64,000 nucleotides of DNA from Paraspadella gotoi (taxonomy: Eukaryota > Animalia > Chaetognatha): positions 2,557,484-2,621,483 of the forward strand of contig CM119270.1 of the NCBI GenBank assembly GCA_051294375.1, in the 5' to 3' direction. The notes beneath the pieces are model-generated. The model worked only from the letters and a program-made list of their open reading frames with translations. It did no database searches and was not told the origin of the DNA. Shown piece after piece: positions 48,821-62,116 of this stretch (positions within the stretch are counted from its first letter, which is position 1; the number at the start of each line of letters is the position of its first letter). The translations under genes were made by a program, and so were the position numbers.

Positions 48821-50001
48821 AGATAGAAAAAAAAGATGATGAAGAGGGAAAGGGTGATGAGAAGAGATGAGAGAGATGACGATGAGACGAGAGAGATGAG
48901 AGAGATACTGAGAGCACGAGAGAGTGAAGGAGAGGGAAGAACAACACTTTTCCTTTAAAACAAAATGTAGTGCTTACGAAAAATTTAAAAAATACCTCTG
49001 AAAGCGCTTTAATGAATCGAATGAGGGAGACGGGAGTAAAGAGATAAAAGACTTTGTTTTCAGTTTCGTTAATCGAAGCTATCACTGCAGAAGAAGTATG
49101 CACGCATGCGATGCGTGTAATGCATGCACAAACCAAACGCCTTTCTACTTCCCAATCAATCCACGCATACATATTATAAGAGAGCTAAATGGGTACCTTA
49201 AGGAAGAATAGCAGGTTAAGACCTTAGCTTAGTGAGTATTTCATTATCAATTAGTCTAACAGCTAAATGACAAAAAGTTGCGAATTCGTGAAATGCTTGA
49301 AGAACATGAAATGACACAAGAACAGGAATTATATGACAAGTCAATGTCAATACGACCAAATTACAAATGAGACTTGATGAACTTCAAATTTGAAGTGTCT
49401 CAATCTTCAGATTCTTGGTTGTAGTCAAAAGGTTTCCGTCCTGTGAATAATATCACCGGTTTAGTTCTAAATTTGGCGTGTTGGAGAATTAAACTGTGCA
49501 CTGTACGATGTAACCACAGAGCGCAAAACAATTAAACGGAAGAAGGAAAAAGGGAAGACAGGATTCTTAAGAAGAATTGAGAATTTTTTAACAAGGTCCA
49601 AAAGCGCGTTAGACGAGTCTGTAAAAACTGTATCGCAATTGTCTTCCCGGCGGCGAGCCCCGACTTCCCCTTCCACTCTGCCGTCACTGGGCGAGGCGGT
49701 GTGAGGGATTCCCTCTTGGAGAGAGAGGACAGCGACGACGAAGCCAACGACGCTGGGAGCGCCGAAAAGCGGATATCAGAACGGGCCGATGAACGACAAT
49801 TGGACGAGGGTAAGGCCTTATACTTTTCCTCACACGTGTGTAATATTTCTATATGTCATCGTATAGGCTAGACTACAAAGCTATATTGCGAGATAATAAA
49901 CTGTCTAATTAAATTTTAAAGAAGCTTATGTGTGTATACTTTGCCAATCTTTTACAGCCCACTTTCTTACGAGAACAAATAAAGGAAAATATGAAGATTA
50001 A
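48217..50001 (+). pseudogene. Candidate 3-exon gene or pseudogene of unknown function (approx. 48217-48399, 49263-49809, 49958-50001)
   Basis: ATG TCG TCC AAA start (MSSKTKRTR); donors C|GTAAGT at 48400 and G|GTAAG at 49810; acceptors AACAG and TTTTACAG; charged protein-like fragments. Several frameshifts/stops are needed to join them. Confidence 0.3.
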
Positions 50002-51592
50002 AAAGAAACAAACTGGATTTCATGAAAACTCATGATTTGCAAGCTTTTAAAAATTGTCTAGGCCTATATAAACGAATAGGCACATTAAGACAGTTTTATT
50101 CTCCTTTTGTTCATAATTTACTGAAGAAATATATATTTTTTTTTTATTTTTTAAACCCTCTCGCTTGAATTTTTCAAATCATTGTTAGATTGTCAGTGAG
50201 CTGTCTAAAATAAAGTGTTGAGTGTACATTGTTTTTAAATAGTACGCGTAAAAATTGTTGATTTTTTAGGTTAGGTTGACTTAACTCGATATAACCGGTG
50301 GCGTGCGAAGTATTTAAGAGTTTAAGTAATACTTTCTCCAAGTAAATTAATCATGTCCGATATTCCCTTGCTCTCCAGGAGATTAGTCTGAATTATGGGA
50401 CCAAAAAACTTTGAACATTCCTAAATATATATATAAGTTCTCTCTGATACTAGAGATAGTTCATGACGCATAACGTTATGAAAAATATGCATAGAGCCTA
50501 AAGACTACTCAACGTTCAAAACAATATATTGAAATAGTAGTTTCATTATATAATTATTCTGTGTATTTTATCTGAGAGATCGTATCATGTTATTCCTGCC
50601 TTCATAAATTTAGTATACTTTTTCGTTCGTTATATTTGCAGTTGAGGTTCTGTTTGTTGATATCATAATTTACAAATATACAAAATTTACGTTTTTTCAG
50701 CTATTTTAATTGGTCATTATTTTCTTCTCTCTTATTGATATGTCGTCTCCATTCTCATTGACGAGCGACTAATATAATTATTAATGTACTCTCAAATAAA
50801 TTAGATATAATACTATTTCGCACAACTTGTGAAGTGGGTCAAGGCATCTTAAATTTTACATTGCGAACCTCTTCTCTGGGAAAGACGATCCTGACGTGAC
50901 TTCTGGCTTTGGAGGGTTTTAAAAAATTCACCACAATTTATTTAGATACATTTGAGATAGTGAAAAACAAATTTTTAGTCGCGCAGGACCGTTGATTCCC
51001 CGCATAAATCATCCCCAAATTTGCTGGGCTTAATTTTAGGCTATAATTTATTTAAATTAATAGTAATGGTTTGATATCCGCCACAGTTCTGTTCGTGTCT
51101 CTATATATAAAAAAAATATATGCTTCCATTAGTTTCGCTTTAGTGTTTCAGACCATATATCGATCCTAATCCTTGATCCTGATCCTGTATAAATACATTG
51201 CATTCCTGAAAAAAGCCAAGCCAACTTGCCCACTAATACAGACTAAAAATAATAAGTTATAATAAAATATGTTATTAGAAATTAATTAAGTTCATAATTT
51301 CGAGGACGAAATTTGTTTAATTTCTGTTACGTCGGAGAAATGCTGCCATGCGTTAGTGACATACGTGGTATGAATTCCTCGAAAGATTGGGCAACCATCG
51401 ATGGGGTCACCGTTTTATTTAATTGCCCTCTAGATAGATATAGAAAGAAAAACATAATCTGAAGAAAACTGGAATATCGGCGATATTACCCCCAGAATAA
51501 CTTATATTACGGCTAAGGTGTATCTGCACCATCGAATATAGACACTCTCGTGTTGTGCAATATAGTCGAGGTTATACTTTTGACCTACTCAC

Positions 51593-52825
51593 CGGCTTAA
51601 GATATGGATGGAATAGTCGACAGATAGATTGCGGACATGAGTAACTGCTTGTTCTTGCCATCCACCAATCACTGAAGAAAACCAGTTGGGCGACGAATTC
51701 CTTGTTTGAACCATTAAATCAGTTGATCGTATTGTCCACATTAGGTGTTTGTGTTTGAACTAAACCTAAAAAACTAAAGATTTTTACTTATTTTTATACG
51801 GTTTACTTATTTAACCCAGTGGAAACTGTTAAAATTAAAATTTTAGTTTTAAACATAAATTTTGATCTGTGTCATATCTCCTAATTACCTGTTTTCTTAG
51901 CGATTAGAATCTTGTCCCCTTTGGTCTTGCGCGTGGGTGTACTCAGACAAGAGATCATTTCCACCAATGAGGGAAAAATAAATCGCAATCGATTCGTATT
52001 ACCTCAAGCTTTCGGCAATATATCACATGAAGTGCAATTAGTTAGCCATACTTTACTAGTAGAAAAAGAAAAAAATACGCCGTCGGTTTTTGAAGAGAAT
52101 TTATTAAATTGTATTATCTAAATATAGAAGAAAAAATAAATAAATGGAATCGAGTGGATTAATTAAAGAAACTTATTTTTAAAAATCAAACGGACCTTAC
52201 GCAATATCAAATTGATTTCAAAAATCAAATTATTTAGTTCAATTGTTGGAATGAATCAAAATCTATGCGAATATTTTAAGTTTAAGTGAAAGAATTGCGC
52301 GTTATGTCGCCGCTATTTTTAACCAATTCATTTCCTGTCCACCATGTTAGGCCGGAGTTAAAGAATGTTCTATAAAAAGTAAAAGTATATATTTAGCTGT
52401 AAGTTGATAGTAGAAATTATAAGAAAGCAGTAATGTTTTTAAAAAAATTTACATCTAGCATGTTCGCAGGGCCAATATGGAGCAAGAGGAGGAACGTCCG
52501 AACCATACTGTGATCATTTGTGGGTTTTGAAGGGAGTGATTTGCGTGAGAGAAGAAATAGGCTAAAATTTGTCGTCACAACTTGATTTTGAGCGTTCTTT
52601 TTTTTTAAAATTTTAACTTACGTCAAAAATAGTCTCGTGCCCACATGGTTTGGGCAAGGCTCCGACATACTTGTGTCGGCATTACTGTGTGAAGTTCTAC
52701 ATACCTGTAATAAGACCACCCCATGGGAGGCCAAAGGCCAGCAGTTGTTAGCTGAGCGTCTTAATGTGTTTAGGATAGCCGTACTATTTGAGGGCGAGAA
52801 TCAAGGATTCTCGGCCATCGCTCAT
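51593..52825 (-). pseudogene. Exon-intron-like series on the minus strand with no intact frame (probably part of a larger 50.3-54.7 kb unit)
   Basis: Blocks 52622-52825, 52453-52561, 52201-52369, 51889-52055 and 51593-51765, each bounded by TAG acceptors and GTAAG/GTAAA/GTAAT/GTGAG donors, with AT-rich 60-145 nt spacers. Confidence 0.4.
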
Positions 52826-54831
52826 CTAAAATAATCACAGTCTAGTTCTACTTAAAGATATATATTTGTGGATTCACCTTACTAATAAAAATCAGTATTA
52901 ATAGATATACATATAGTACATGTTATCATAAATTCAAATTTTTAGACCGTTTTTCAACGAATCTTTTAATTTACGGGTTTTGCGCAGCGCAATAAGCAGA
53001 GTTTGCCGCCAGGTATATCGCTTCTGCGTGCTATTAGGCATTTCAAATTCCCAAATTCCCGCCGAGGAGAAATATATTTGTAATGTTTATGTGAGAAGTA
53101 ATTTTACCTCGATTTTCCATTCTCTCCCCAATCTTCCGTAGCCGTTCCTTCATTGCTTGATTTAAGAATTAGAAATGCATGGCTCATTACCTTATTGACT
53201 AAAATGACTATCTCCGTTTCATAGAGTGGCGATCTAAGAAGACACCACCTCCTCAAATAAATTAAGTATCTTATGTTATTTATGTTATTAAAAAAAAAAT
53301 GAAACTTACTGCCAAATGAGAAGACTCAAGAATTATTCGTTTCATAGCCATTCTTGAAGGTTGTGAATTTAATTATCTAAAACTGGCCGAAAATATAAAT
53401 AAAACGTTTGAATCGAATATAAATTTTATTATGATAGCGTGAAAGAGCAGCAGACTATTAAACACGATTCGAAATAACTGATTCATATAATTATAATTGT
53501 TCTGTTCATCGTCCCGCCAAAACTTCTGAGACGAGAGAGACCCTACTATTCCCATTGTGTGTAACGTTCTGCATATAGGTAAAGTCGTATTAATTGTAGA
53601 AAGTTTATAATGTCGCATTTGTAAAAATTTTTCATATTTTTAAAATTTTGTAGACTTACAATCGAGTATTCCACAATTTGTGGGCATTCCAAAAAAATAT
53701 GTCTCGTTATCAGGCCTTTGGCCATTTAGGGGATGCGTACATTCTAAGTTCTCTTGTCAATAAATGTTCTAGAATTTCAAATGCCGGTTTAACCGTTGAA
53801 ATGCAATTGATAATGTTAGAGTTTACTGACGTAAATAGATCGCAAACTTAGCCAGGCCATGTGCCACCAAGGTAGTCCGGCCCAACTGTTGATCCCAATT
53901 TCGCAGGCGACCTTAAGGTAAGAAATTAGAATTAATGGTTTAACCCCTCATTCGATGTGAAAATAAGGATAATTTTGCCGCTGAAGATACCGTCTGCCCA
54001 TCTGGTCTCTTGCGTTTGACTGGCGGGACAAGAACGAAGTAAATCTCCAATTAATTCCCTGTCTGAGATGTCACGATTAACTCGCCCCAAAATTTCCTAA
54101 ACCTTGTCTTACCATTCTGAAACAGGCATTCTCTTCATATATGTTTTCAGATGTGAAAACTAAGAGCAAATTCAAAATGCGTAATATTTAAACCTATAGC
54201 CCAACCGGTAGCGAATGCGCTCTAAGTTTTCCAACCCAAAATCTTCGACGTCTTATTAGAGCTGAAGCGATTGTTCGCAAATAACCCTGAAAATTTGTAT
54301 TTATATTTTTTACACCAGTGATCCTGGAGTCTCGACAGATAAACTTCCAGAATATATAATAACTATATATACTATTCGGTGTAACATTTTCTTTCGGTAT
54401 GAGTGAGGCGCGAGAGTGTACAATATGTAGTTACACACCACAGAATAACCCTTTTTGCTATCATAATGCGATTACCAACACTTGGCCAGTACAGGAGGAT
54501 CCTAAGGTTCTGAAGGAAAATGAAATGAAATGAGCCACTATTTTTTTATTACCATGTTTTCAAAGAAAGTTTCCATAACAGAGATAGACGCGATTAATAA
54601 ATTCATCCTAAAAGATGTTTCTCCGTTAATTTTGTTGTAATAATTCCACTAAACATAAACAAAAGGACTTGAATACGCTAGCAAAGGAAAATATTAATAA
54701 AATCAGGAAAACATGGTATGATCGACGTGGAGCTCAAGTTCCAAAGTTTCGAAATCTCGTTTATTAACCCGTCGTCGCTTTAATATCCGATTCTTCTTGC
54801 GGAGGACGCAAACATTTTTCGAACGAACCCG

Positions 54832-55215
54832 TTGGGGGACTTGACTTCTTTTTTTTATTCTGCCGCATTGGAAAGGAAGATCGCACTTTTCGATCCCTGG
54901 AGTCGGAAGATAAACTTCTTTGCGCCAGTCGGTTCGATACTCCCGTCTTTTTCTTTTTATTCTTGTTTATTAATCCCTTCCACTAATGTTTGTTTTTTAC
55001 TGCGCAGTCGTTTTGATAATCCTTTATTCTTTTTATTCTTTTATTAAATACCTTTCCCTAATGTGTTTTTCTAATGCGCAGTCGCGTTTTGATACCTCCC
55101 TTGTCCTCTTTTAATTTATTATTTTATTACATACCTTTCCTAATGTTGTTTCTTCTATTGCAGCGCAGTCGGAATTTGCATACTCCTCGTCTTTTATCTT
55201 TTTGATTCTTTTATT
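54832..55215 (+). mobile_element. Second, indel-rich copy of the hairpin-headed HINE-like repeat
   Basis: Reverse complement of 30080-30445. Confidence 0.6.
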
Positions 55216-57374
55216 ATATACCGTTACCTTGGTATCTCAATGCATATTCATGTTCGGTTCTTTTTCTCCTATCTTACCATCATATTTCTACTCTTCTATC
55301 TTCTTCGGAGAACTTTAGTCAGAGCATATTAGTGAACTGCTATCATTTGGTCTGTAAAGTAGATCACTTTACCTTATTACCACTGATCCTCATTTTTCTC
55401 GTTTAATTCTAATNNNNNNNNNNNNNNNNNNNNNNNNNCATATCTTTCTAGTTTTACCACTTCCCCTCTCCCTCTCTCTCATTCTACCCCTTCCCCTCTC
55501 CCTCTCTCTCTTTTTGCCCCATTCCCTTCTCCCTCTCTAGTATCTCTTTCATCTTTCTTTCTTTTTATTCTGCTTTCTTTTTTTCTCTGTCTCGACTTAA
55601 AAAAAAAGGAAATGAAAGAAAGATCAGACGTTTAACTTATTCTAAAAGTAAATGTTTATCTTTTCGCGTTAAAATCGGTTTTCTCTCTCTTTCTCTCTCT
55701 CTCTCTCTCTCNNNNNNNNNNGATCATTTTCATCTTTCAACGAAACTTAAAAGATGCGAAAGTTATTTCCCTTTACAAGTTTTCACTAAATCAAGAAAAT
55801 CATTTTCTCAAGTTATGTATGGATTTATGTTTTTATTTATTTATTTATGGATTTATGTATGGATTTTCCAAATTAAAGTTTCTATTTAGGATTCAAAAAT
55901 TGGTAAAACGATAATACAAATTATCCATTCAATAAATAAATAAGCTATCCCACCCCGTCTAGCTATGGATGGGTACCTTGCAACCTTTTGACAAAGGCTA
56001 CAGAATGAGCCTCTTCAAATTACTTGTAATCCTTTAATTCTGTCTTCCTTAATATTTCCTTCATATTAATTGTAATCCTTTAATTCTATCATCCTTAATA
56101 TTTCCTTCATATTTCCTTAATTCTATACTAATACCAATTCCCCTTAAAACTCTTTAATGTATTTTCCACTCTCTCTCTGTCTTTCTCTCCTTTCACATTC
56201 TCTCTCTCTCTATCTCTCAGGCTCTCTATCATCTCTCTCAGATGCTCTTCTCTCTCTCTCTGCTCTCTCTCTTCCTCTCTCTGCTCTCCTCGTCTCATCT
56301 CTCTCTCTCTCGTCTCTCATCTCCTCTCGGTCTCATCTGTCTAACGACTCTTGTTTTCCCTTGATTTAAAAAATTTAGCAGCGAACTATTGTTTTCGATT
56401 CGGAATTGTCGAAAATCAAAACACAAACAATCCAAGTTATACTCTCCATCTTCTTCATACTGCCTGTTCTCTCTACTATCTCCAATCGTCTCTCTGCTCT
56501 CTCTCTCTCACACACACAACACTTCCTCCTCGAGGGCCATCCTTTACCGCAGTACATATCTGGGAGACGGCGAAACGACTACAACAACACAACAACAGGT
56601 TATCTTTCCCTTTTGTTTGTCTTCACTTTCAAAACAAAAACATTTGAGAGAAAAACAAAAGACTTGAAGGTGCNNNNNNNNNNNNNNNNNNNNNNNNNNN
56701 NNNNNNNNNNNNNNNNNNNNNNNNNNNNNNNNNNNNNNNNNNNNNNNNNNNNNNNNNNNNNNNNNNNNNNNNNNNNNNNNNNNNNNNNNNNNNNNNNNNN
56801 NNNNNNNNNNNNNNNNNNNNNNNNNNNNNNNNNNNNNNNNNNNNNNNNNNNNNNNNNNAAGGAAGGAAGGAAGGAAGGAATGAAGAAAGGAATGAATGAA
56901 GGTAAGAAAATAAAAAACGTAAGTAGAGAAGAAAAGAAAATATTCGTTAATTTTTTTTTAAATCGACATCTTCGACAAAATGTAAAAAATCGCCAAAGTC
57001 ATCAGAGATAAGTTAATAATATTTATCATTATATCATCCGAAAAAGGATTTTTTTTCACGAAAGAAAAAAAAAAGGGTTTAATTTTTAAAAGACTTTCGA
57101 ACGAGATATAATCGTACACATTAACCATATTAATCTACCCACATCCCTGTGAAGCCTTGTCTGATGCCANNNNNNNNNNNNNNNNNNNNNNNNNNNNNNN
57201 NNNNNNNNNNNNNNNNNNNNNNNNNNNNNNNNNNNNNNNNNNNNNNNNNNNNNNNNNNNNNNNNNNNNNNNNNNNNNNNNNNNNNNNNNNNNNNNNNNNN
57301 NNNNNNNNNNNNNNNNNNNNNNNNNNNNNNNNNNNNNNNNNNNNNNNNNNNNNNNNNNNNNNNNNNNNNNNNNN

Positions 57375-57470
57375 CTTGGCGGCACCGTCTCAAACCGGAA
57401 GTGACGCAGTCCGCCACGTGGCGTCGTCCCCGACCGGCGTCAACCGGCGTCGTAAAAAGCGAAGGCGTCA
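57375..57470. promoter_or_regulatory. Housekeeping-promoter-like motif cluster (ETS CCGGAAGT, TGACG half-CRE, E-box CCACGTGG)
   Basis: accggaagtgacgcagtccgccacgtggcg within a CpG-rich patch. Motif matches only. Confidence 0.4.
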
Positions 57471-57506
57471 TAACTTTGTTATGAACAATTATTAATGGTC
57501 GGGGAG

Positions 57507-57547
<41 letters not shown>

Positions 57548-58161
57548 TCCCTTTATTCTGTGTCGGATAAAAATGCCTTAGAAGACGACGGCGACTACGA
57601 CTACAATAATAACAACTACGATGACGACGACGACGACGACGAAATGGCGTTAAGGTTCCCGCGCTTTTCGTCCACAACCAAAGTCTTTTTCTTTCTTTCG
57701 ATTTGTGTCAACACTTTTTCTTCTTTTCTTTTTCTCTTTTGTCTCTAAAATCTTTCGACCCACGTTGTTCTCTTCATCTTTAAAACTTAAAAACTTTGAA
57801 ACTAAAACGATCAATGATCAATCCTTCACTTTTCTATTTCCCCTTTCTCTCTCTTTAAACTTCTATCTTTCTCTCCTGACCTCTCTTTACCTCTTAAACC
57901 TTCATCCTCCTCTTTCCTCTCTTTTCTTTTCCTCTCTTCTCGCTCTTACCTTCTTTACTTCCTCCTCCCGTCCCTTCCCCTCTTCCTTCCTACTCTCCTC
58001 CCTCCTCTTCTCTCTCCTACTCTCCTCCCCCTCTCTCTCTCCCTCTCCCTCTCTTCTCTTCCCTTTCCCTCTGTTATCGCACCCTTATGATGACGCCTTG
58101 ACAAGGGAGAGTAAACCCTTCCCGTTTTTTCCATTGATTAAAAAACTTCCTCAATCACGAG

Positions 58162-58197
<36 letters not shown>

Positions 58198-58922
58198 NNN
58201 NNNNNNNNNNNNNNNNNNNNNNNNNNNNNNNNNNNNNNNNNNNNNNNNNNNNNNNNNNNNNNNNNNNNNNNNNNNNNNNNNNNNNNNNNNNNNNNNNNNN
58301 NNNNNNNNNNNNNNNNNNNNNNNNNNNNNNNNNNNNNNNNNNNNNNNNNNNNNNNNNNNNNNNNNNNNNNNNNNNNNNNNNNNNNNNNNNNNNNNNNNNN
58401 NNNNNNNNNNNNNNNNNNNNNNNNNNNNNNNNNNNNNNNNNNNNNNNNNNNNNNNNNNNNNNNNNNNNNNNNNNNNNNNNNNNNNNNNNNNNNNNNNNNN
58501 NNNNNNNNNNNNNNNNNNNNNNNNNNNNNNNNNNNNNNNNNNNNNNNNNNNNNNNNNNNNNNNNNNNNNNNNNNNNNNNNNNNNNNNNNNNNNNNNNNNN
58601 NNNNNNNNNNNNNNNNNNNNNNNNNNNNNNNNNAAAAAAGTATGGAATTGAGGAAATTACTATGATAACGAGGCTTGACGGGAGTCTGTTACGAGCGTTT
58701 GTAAAATCATATGTGCTACAATGCNNNNNNNNNNTACTATGATAACGAGGACTGACGGGAGTCTGTGACGAGCGTTTGTAAAATTATATGTGCTACAATG
58801 CTTAATGTGCAAATCTAGTTGCACACGATTCAATTGAAAACGAAAAAAAGTATATCGAAGTGTGAGAGGCCACAAGAAAGGTTGATGGTGTTAAAAGGGA
58901 ATGAAAATGTTGGAGTGACTGT

Positions 58923-58966
<44 letters not shown>

Positions 58967-59878
58967 TTGTTGTTTAAGGAATTGCTCAAACTTGGTGAGG
59001 AAAAAGGTTTTCAGATTTATCTCTGACTCAAATGATTCCATGATTCCATGAGCTGATGATCACCGTTTTGACGGATCCTGGAATTCGTTCCAGAATAATA
59101 TTAACGACTGAAAAGAAAATNNNNNNNNNNNNNNNNNNNNNNNNNNNNNNNNNNNNNNNNNNNNNNNNNNNNNNNNNNNNNNNNNNNNNNNNNNNNNNNN
59201 NNNNNNNNNNNNNNNNNNNNNNNNNNNNNNNNNNNNNNNNNNNNNNNNNNNNNNNNNNNNNNNNNNNNNNNNNNNNNNNNNNNNNNNNNNNNNNNNNNNN
59301 NNNNNNNNNNNNNNNNNNNNNNNNNNNNNNNNNNNNNNNNNNNNNNNNNACGCAGCCGACTCTGCCGACGCCGCCGCCCTTCACCGTCAACACCTTGGAA
59401 ACGTTCACCCCTGTCACAACGAGTCGCGAATGTGAAGCTTTGGATTTTAACAGCAGATTTTCACGAGCAGTTTTACTGCCGGCACACTTTGTTTAAACTG
59501 ATTAATATAAGTTAAAAATTAAGACTGGTTGATACCAAGATATAATTTTAATAATACTTCTATCTCAATCATTAATAATTAATAATTATATTAATATTAT
59601 ATTATCATAAATATAATTGCAAAATTAACGGAGAGTTGATAATTTTATTTACTTAACAATCATTTCTTTCTTTCTTTATCTCTGTCTTTGTTATCTTCCT
59701 TCCTTCCTTATCTCTCTATATCCGTTTATTTCTTTCTTTCTTTCTTTCTGTCTGACTGTCTGTCTGTTTTTCTGTCTTTCTTTCTGTCTGTCTGTCTTTA
59801 TTTCTTTCTCTCTTTCTTTCTGTCTTTCTTTCTTGCTTGCTTTTTTTATTTCTTTCTTTCTTTCTTTCTGTCTCTCTG

Positions 59879-59949
<71 letters not shown>

Positions 59950-60338
59950 CTCTTTCTTTCTTTCTTTACCCAGCTGACCCTCAAACCCCGACCGCGTCTT
60001 CCCCCTCGACGCAGAAACGCTTCCCAAGACGGGACCACGACGCAAAGAGAGAAAGAGAGANNNNNNNNNNNNNNNNNNNNNNNNNGAAGGAGAGGAGAGT
60101 ACGAGAGAGAGAAAGACGAGAGAATGAGAGAAAGAGATGAGAGAGAGAGAAATGAGAGAGAGAGAGAGAGAGAGGGAAAACTTATTTTTAGACGCATTAT
60201 AATTCACAACTAGTTGTATGCAATATCAAGAGATAAGAGAGAGAGAGAGAGAGAGAGAGAAGAGAAGATCCGAGAGGGAAGAGGACGAGGGAAAAAGTGG
60301 TGAGGAACTGGGCCGAGATGCGAGAGAATTAGCTTACG

Positions 60339-60396
<58 letters not shown>

Positions 60397-61494
60397 GTCT
60401 CTCCTCTCTCTCCAATCCCTTCCTCCGTTTTCAAATCACGCACATAATAACGCACCTAATTGGAAGCTGAATTGTGCGAAATTGATTTCATACATTTATC
60501 CTCCTCTCTGAGGGATTTCACGTTTGATACGGCTTTGAGATAGAAGACGACGACGACGACCGACGACGGACGACGACGAGCGAGCGAACGACAGAGAGAT
60601 TGAATGTTATGTGGAGCGGTTTTGAAACGCAAGAGGGCAAAAGCGTGGAGCGAGAAATAGGGGGAGAGAGGGTGAAGGAAGGAAAGGGGACGTGGGTGAG
60701 AAGGGAAAAAGAGTGGGATCGGAGAAGGAAAAGGGAGAAAGAAAATAGAAAGAGAAGACAAGGAAGAAAAGATTATGATAGAATTATTCTTTGATAATTA
60801 AGGTCAGGAAGAAATGAGATATAAAGTTTTAGTTTGTCAAATTGTATTATATAAATATGTATAATTAAAATATGCAAGCAAAATGATAGAGTTAATAAAA
60901 AAGATATGAGGAAAAAGTGAGAAGCTATGAACAAGATGTGAGTGGTCTTTTCATACATAAAACATTTTTTTGGAATATTATACCATTCATTGATTAGGAA
61001 GCCAAGGTACTGTGGGAGTGAATAAACGAAGACTGTAGAGAGTCGTGATTATAATTATCATTGTAGATTGATGAATGCTTAAACCACAAAGCCTGTCCAA
61101 ATCAGGGGCCCAAGATACTAGCTTATTTAATAAATGAATGTAAATTCTTATATTTGGTTGTACTCAATTCATAATAAAAAAAACGCGAAATAACCTAAAA
61201 AAACTAATAGAAATAAAAACCCAAACTTCTCCTCCTGCTCCTCCTTCTTCTCTCGAAAGGAAAGAGAGGAAATTAATAAAAAGAAAAAAAAGAAAAAAGG
61301 AAAAATTCTCCTTTCCGAAAAATCATCAACGGGTTCGATTCGGTCTGTCGGTCTGTTTGGAGTAATAGAGATTGAGGGATGAATAAACGAGGTTCAGTGG
61401 CGTGAAAGTTTTTGAGGCAAAACAGAAGGAACAAGAGAGAAAATAAAAAAGACGATGAATCTACGTTTGTGATACGGTTGTGCGATGCATTCAC

Positions 61495-61972
61495 ATTCAT
61501 GCAGCAACCAAAAAACAAACTCCAGCATTCATCATTAGCAGCAACCTAAAAACTCACTTCAGCTCGGTATTCAACAGCAAACAAAACAATCCAGCATTCT
61601 CAATTAAGCAGCAACCAAAACCACCCAGCATCGCTCAGTGGACCAACCACTAATCCATCCCAAAAAACCATCAGCTCAGTCACCACAAAAACAACTCCAG
61701 GCATTCATCATCAGCAGCAACACAAACAACTCAGCATTCAATCATGTCAGCAGCAACAAAAACAACTCAATGCATTCAGTTATTCAAGCAGCAACCAAAC
61801 AACTTCCAGCATTCATTCATCTAACAGAACAAATAATCCAGCATACTTAACACAACCAAAACAACTCCAGCATCATATTTCAACAGCAACAAAACCAACT
61901 CCAGCACATTATTCAGCAAACCAATCACACTTCACTACAAGTATTCAACAGGCAACCAAAACAACTCCAGCC
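61495..61972. repeat. Degenerate ~30-bp tandem repeat
   Basis: cagcaaccaaaacaactccagcattcatc units, about 15 copies. Confidence 0.8.
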
Positions 61973-62080
61973 CCCTTTTGAGTCCCTGGTTTTTGTCCCA
62001 GAAAATTTGGTTGATTTATTCGCTGATCGTTTTCGTCAAAAGACTAATTCTCGGCAGCCACTTCTCTCTCTTCTCTCTCA

Positions 62081-62116
<36 letters not shown>

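Noticed and set aside
53017-53045. U2 snRNA start (ATCGCTTCT)
   Set aside because: Only 9 nt match; no GTAGTA branch-pairing region or Sm site.
51593-54290. Firm claim of stop-codon reassignment, selenoprotein or RNA editing
   Set aside because: Stop frequency is near random expectation, all three frames look equally protein-like, and the PNP gene uses the standard code with a TAA stop; kept only as a testable low-probability hypothesis.
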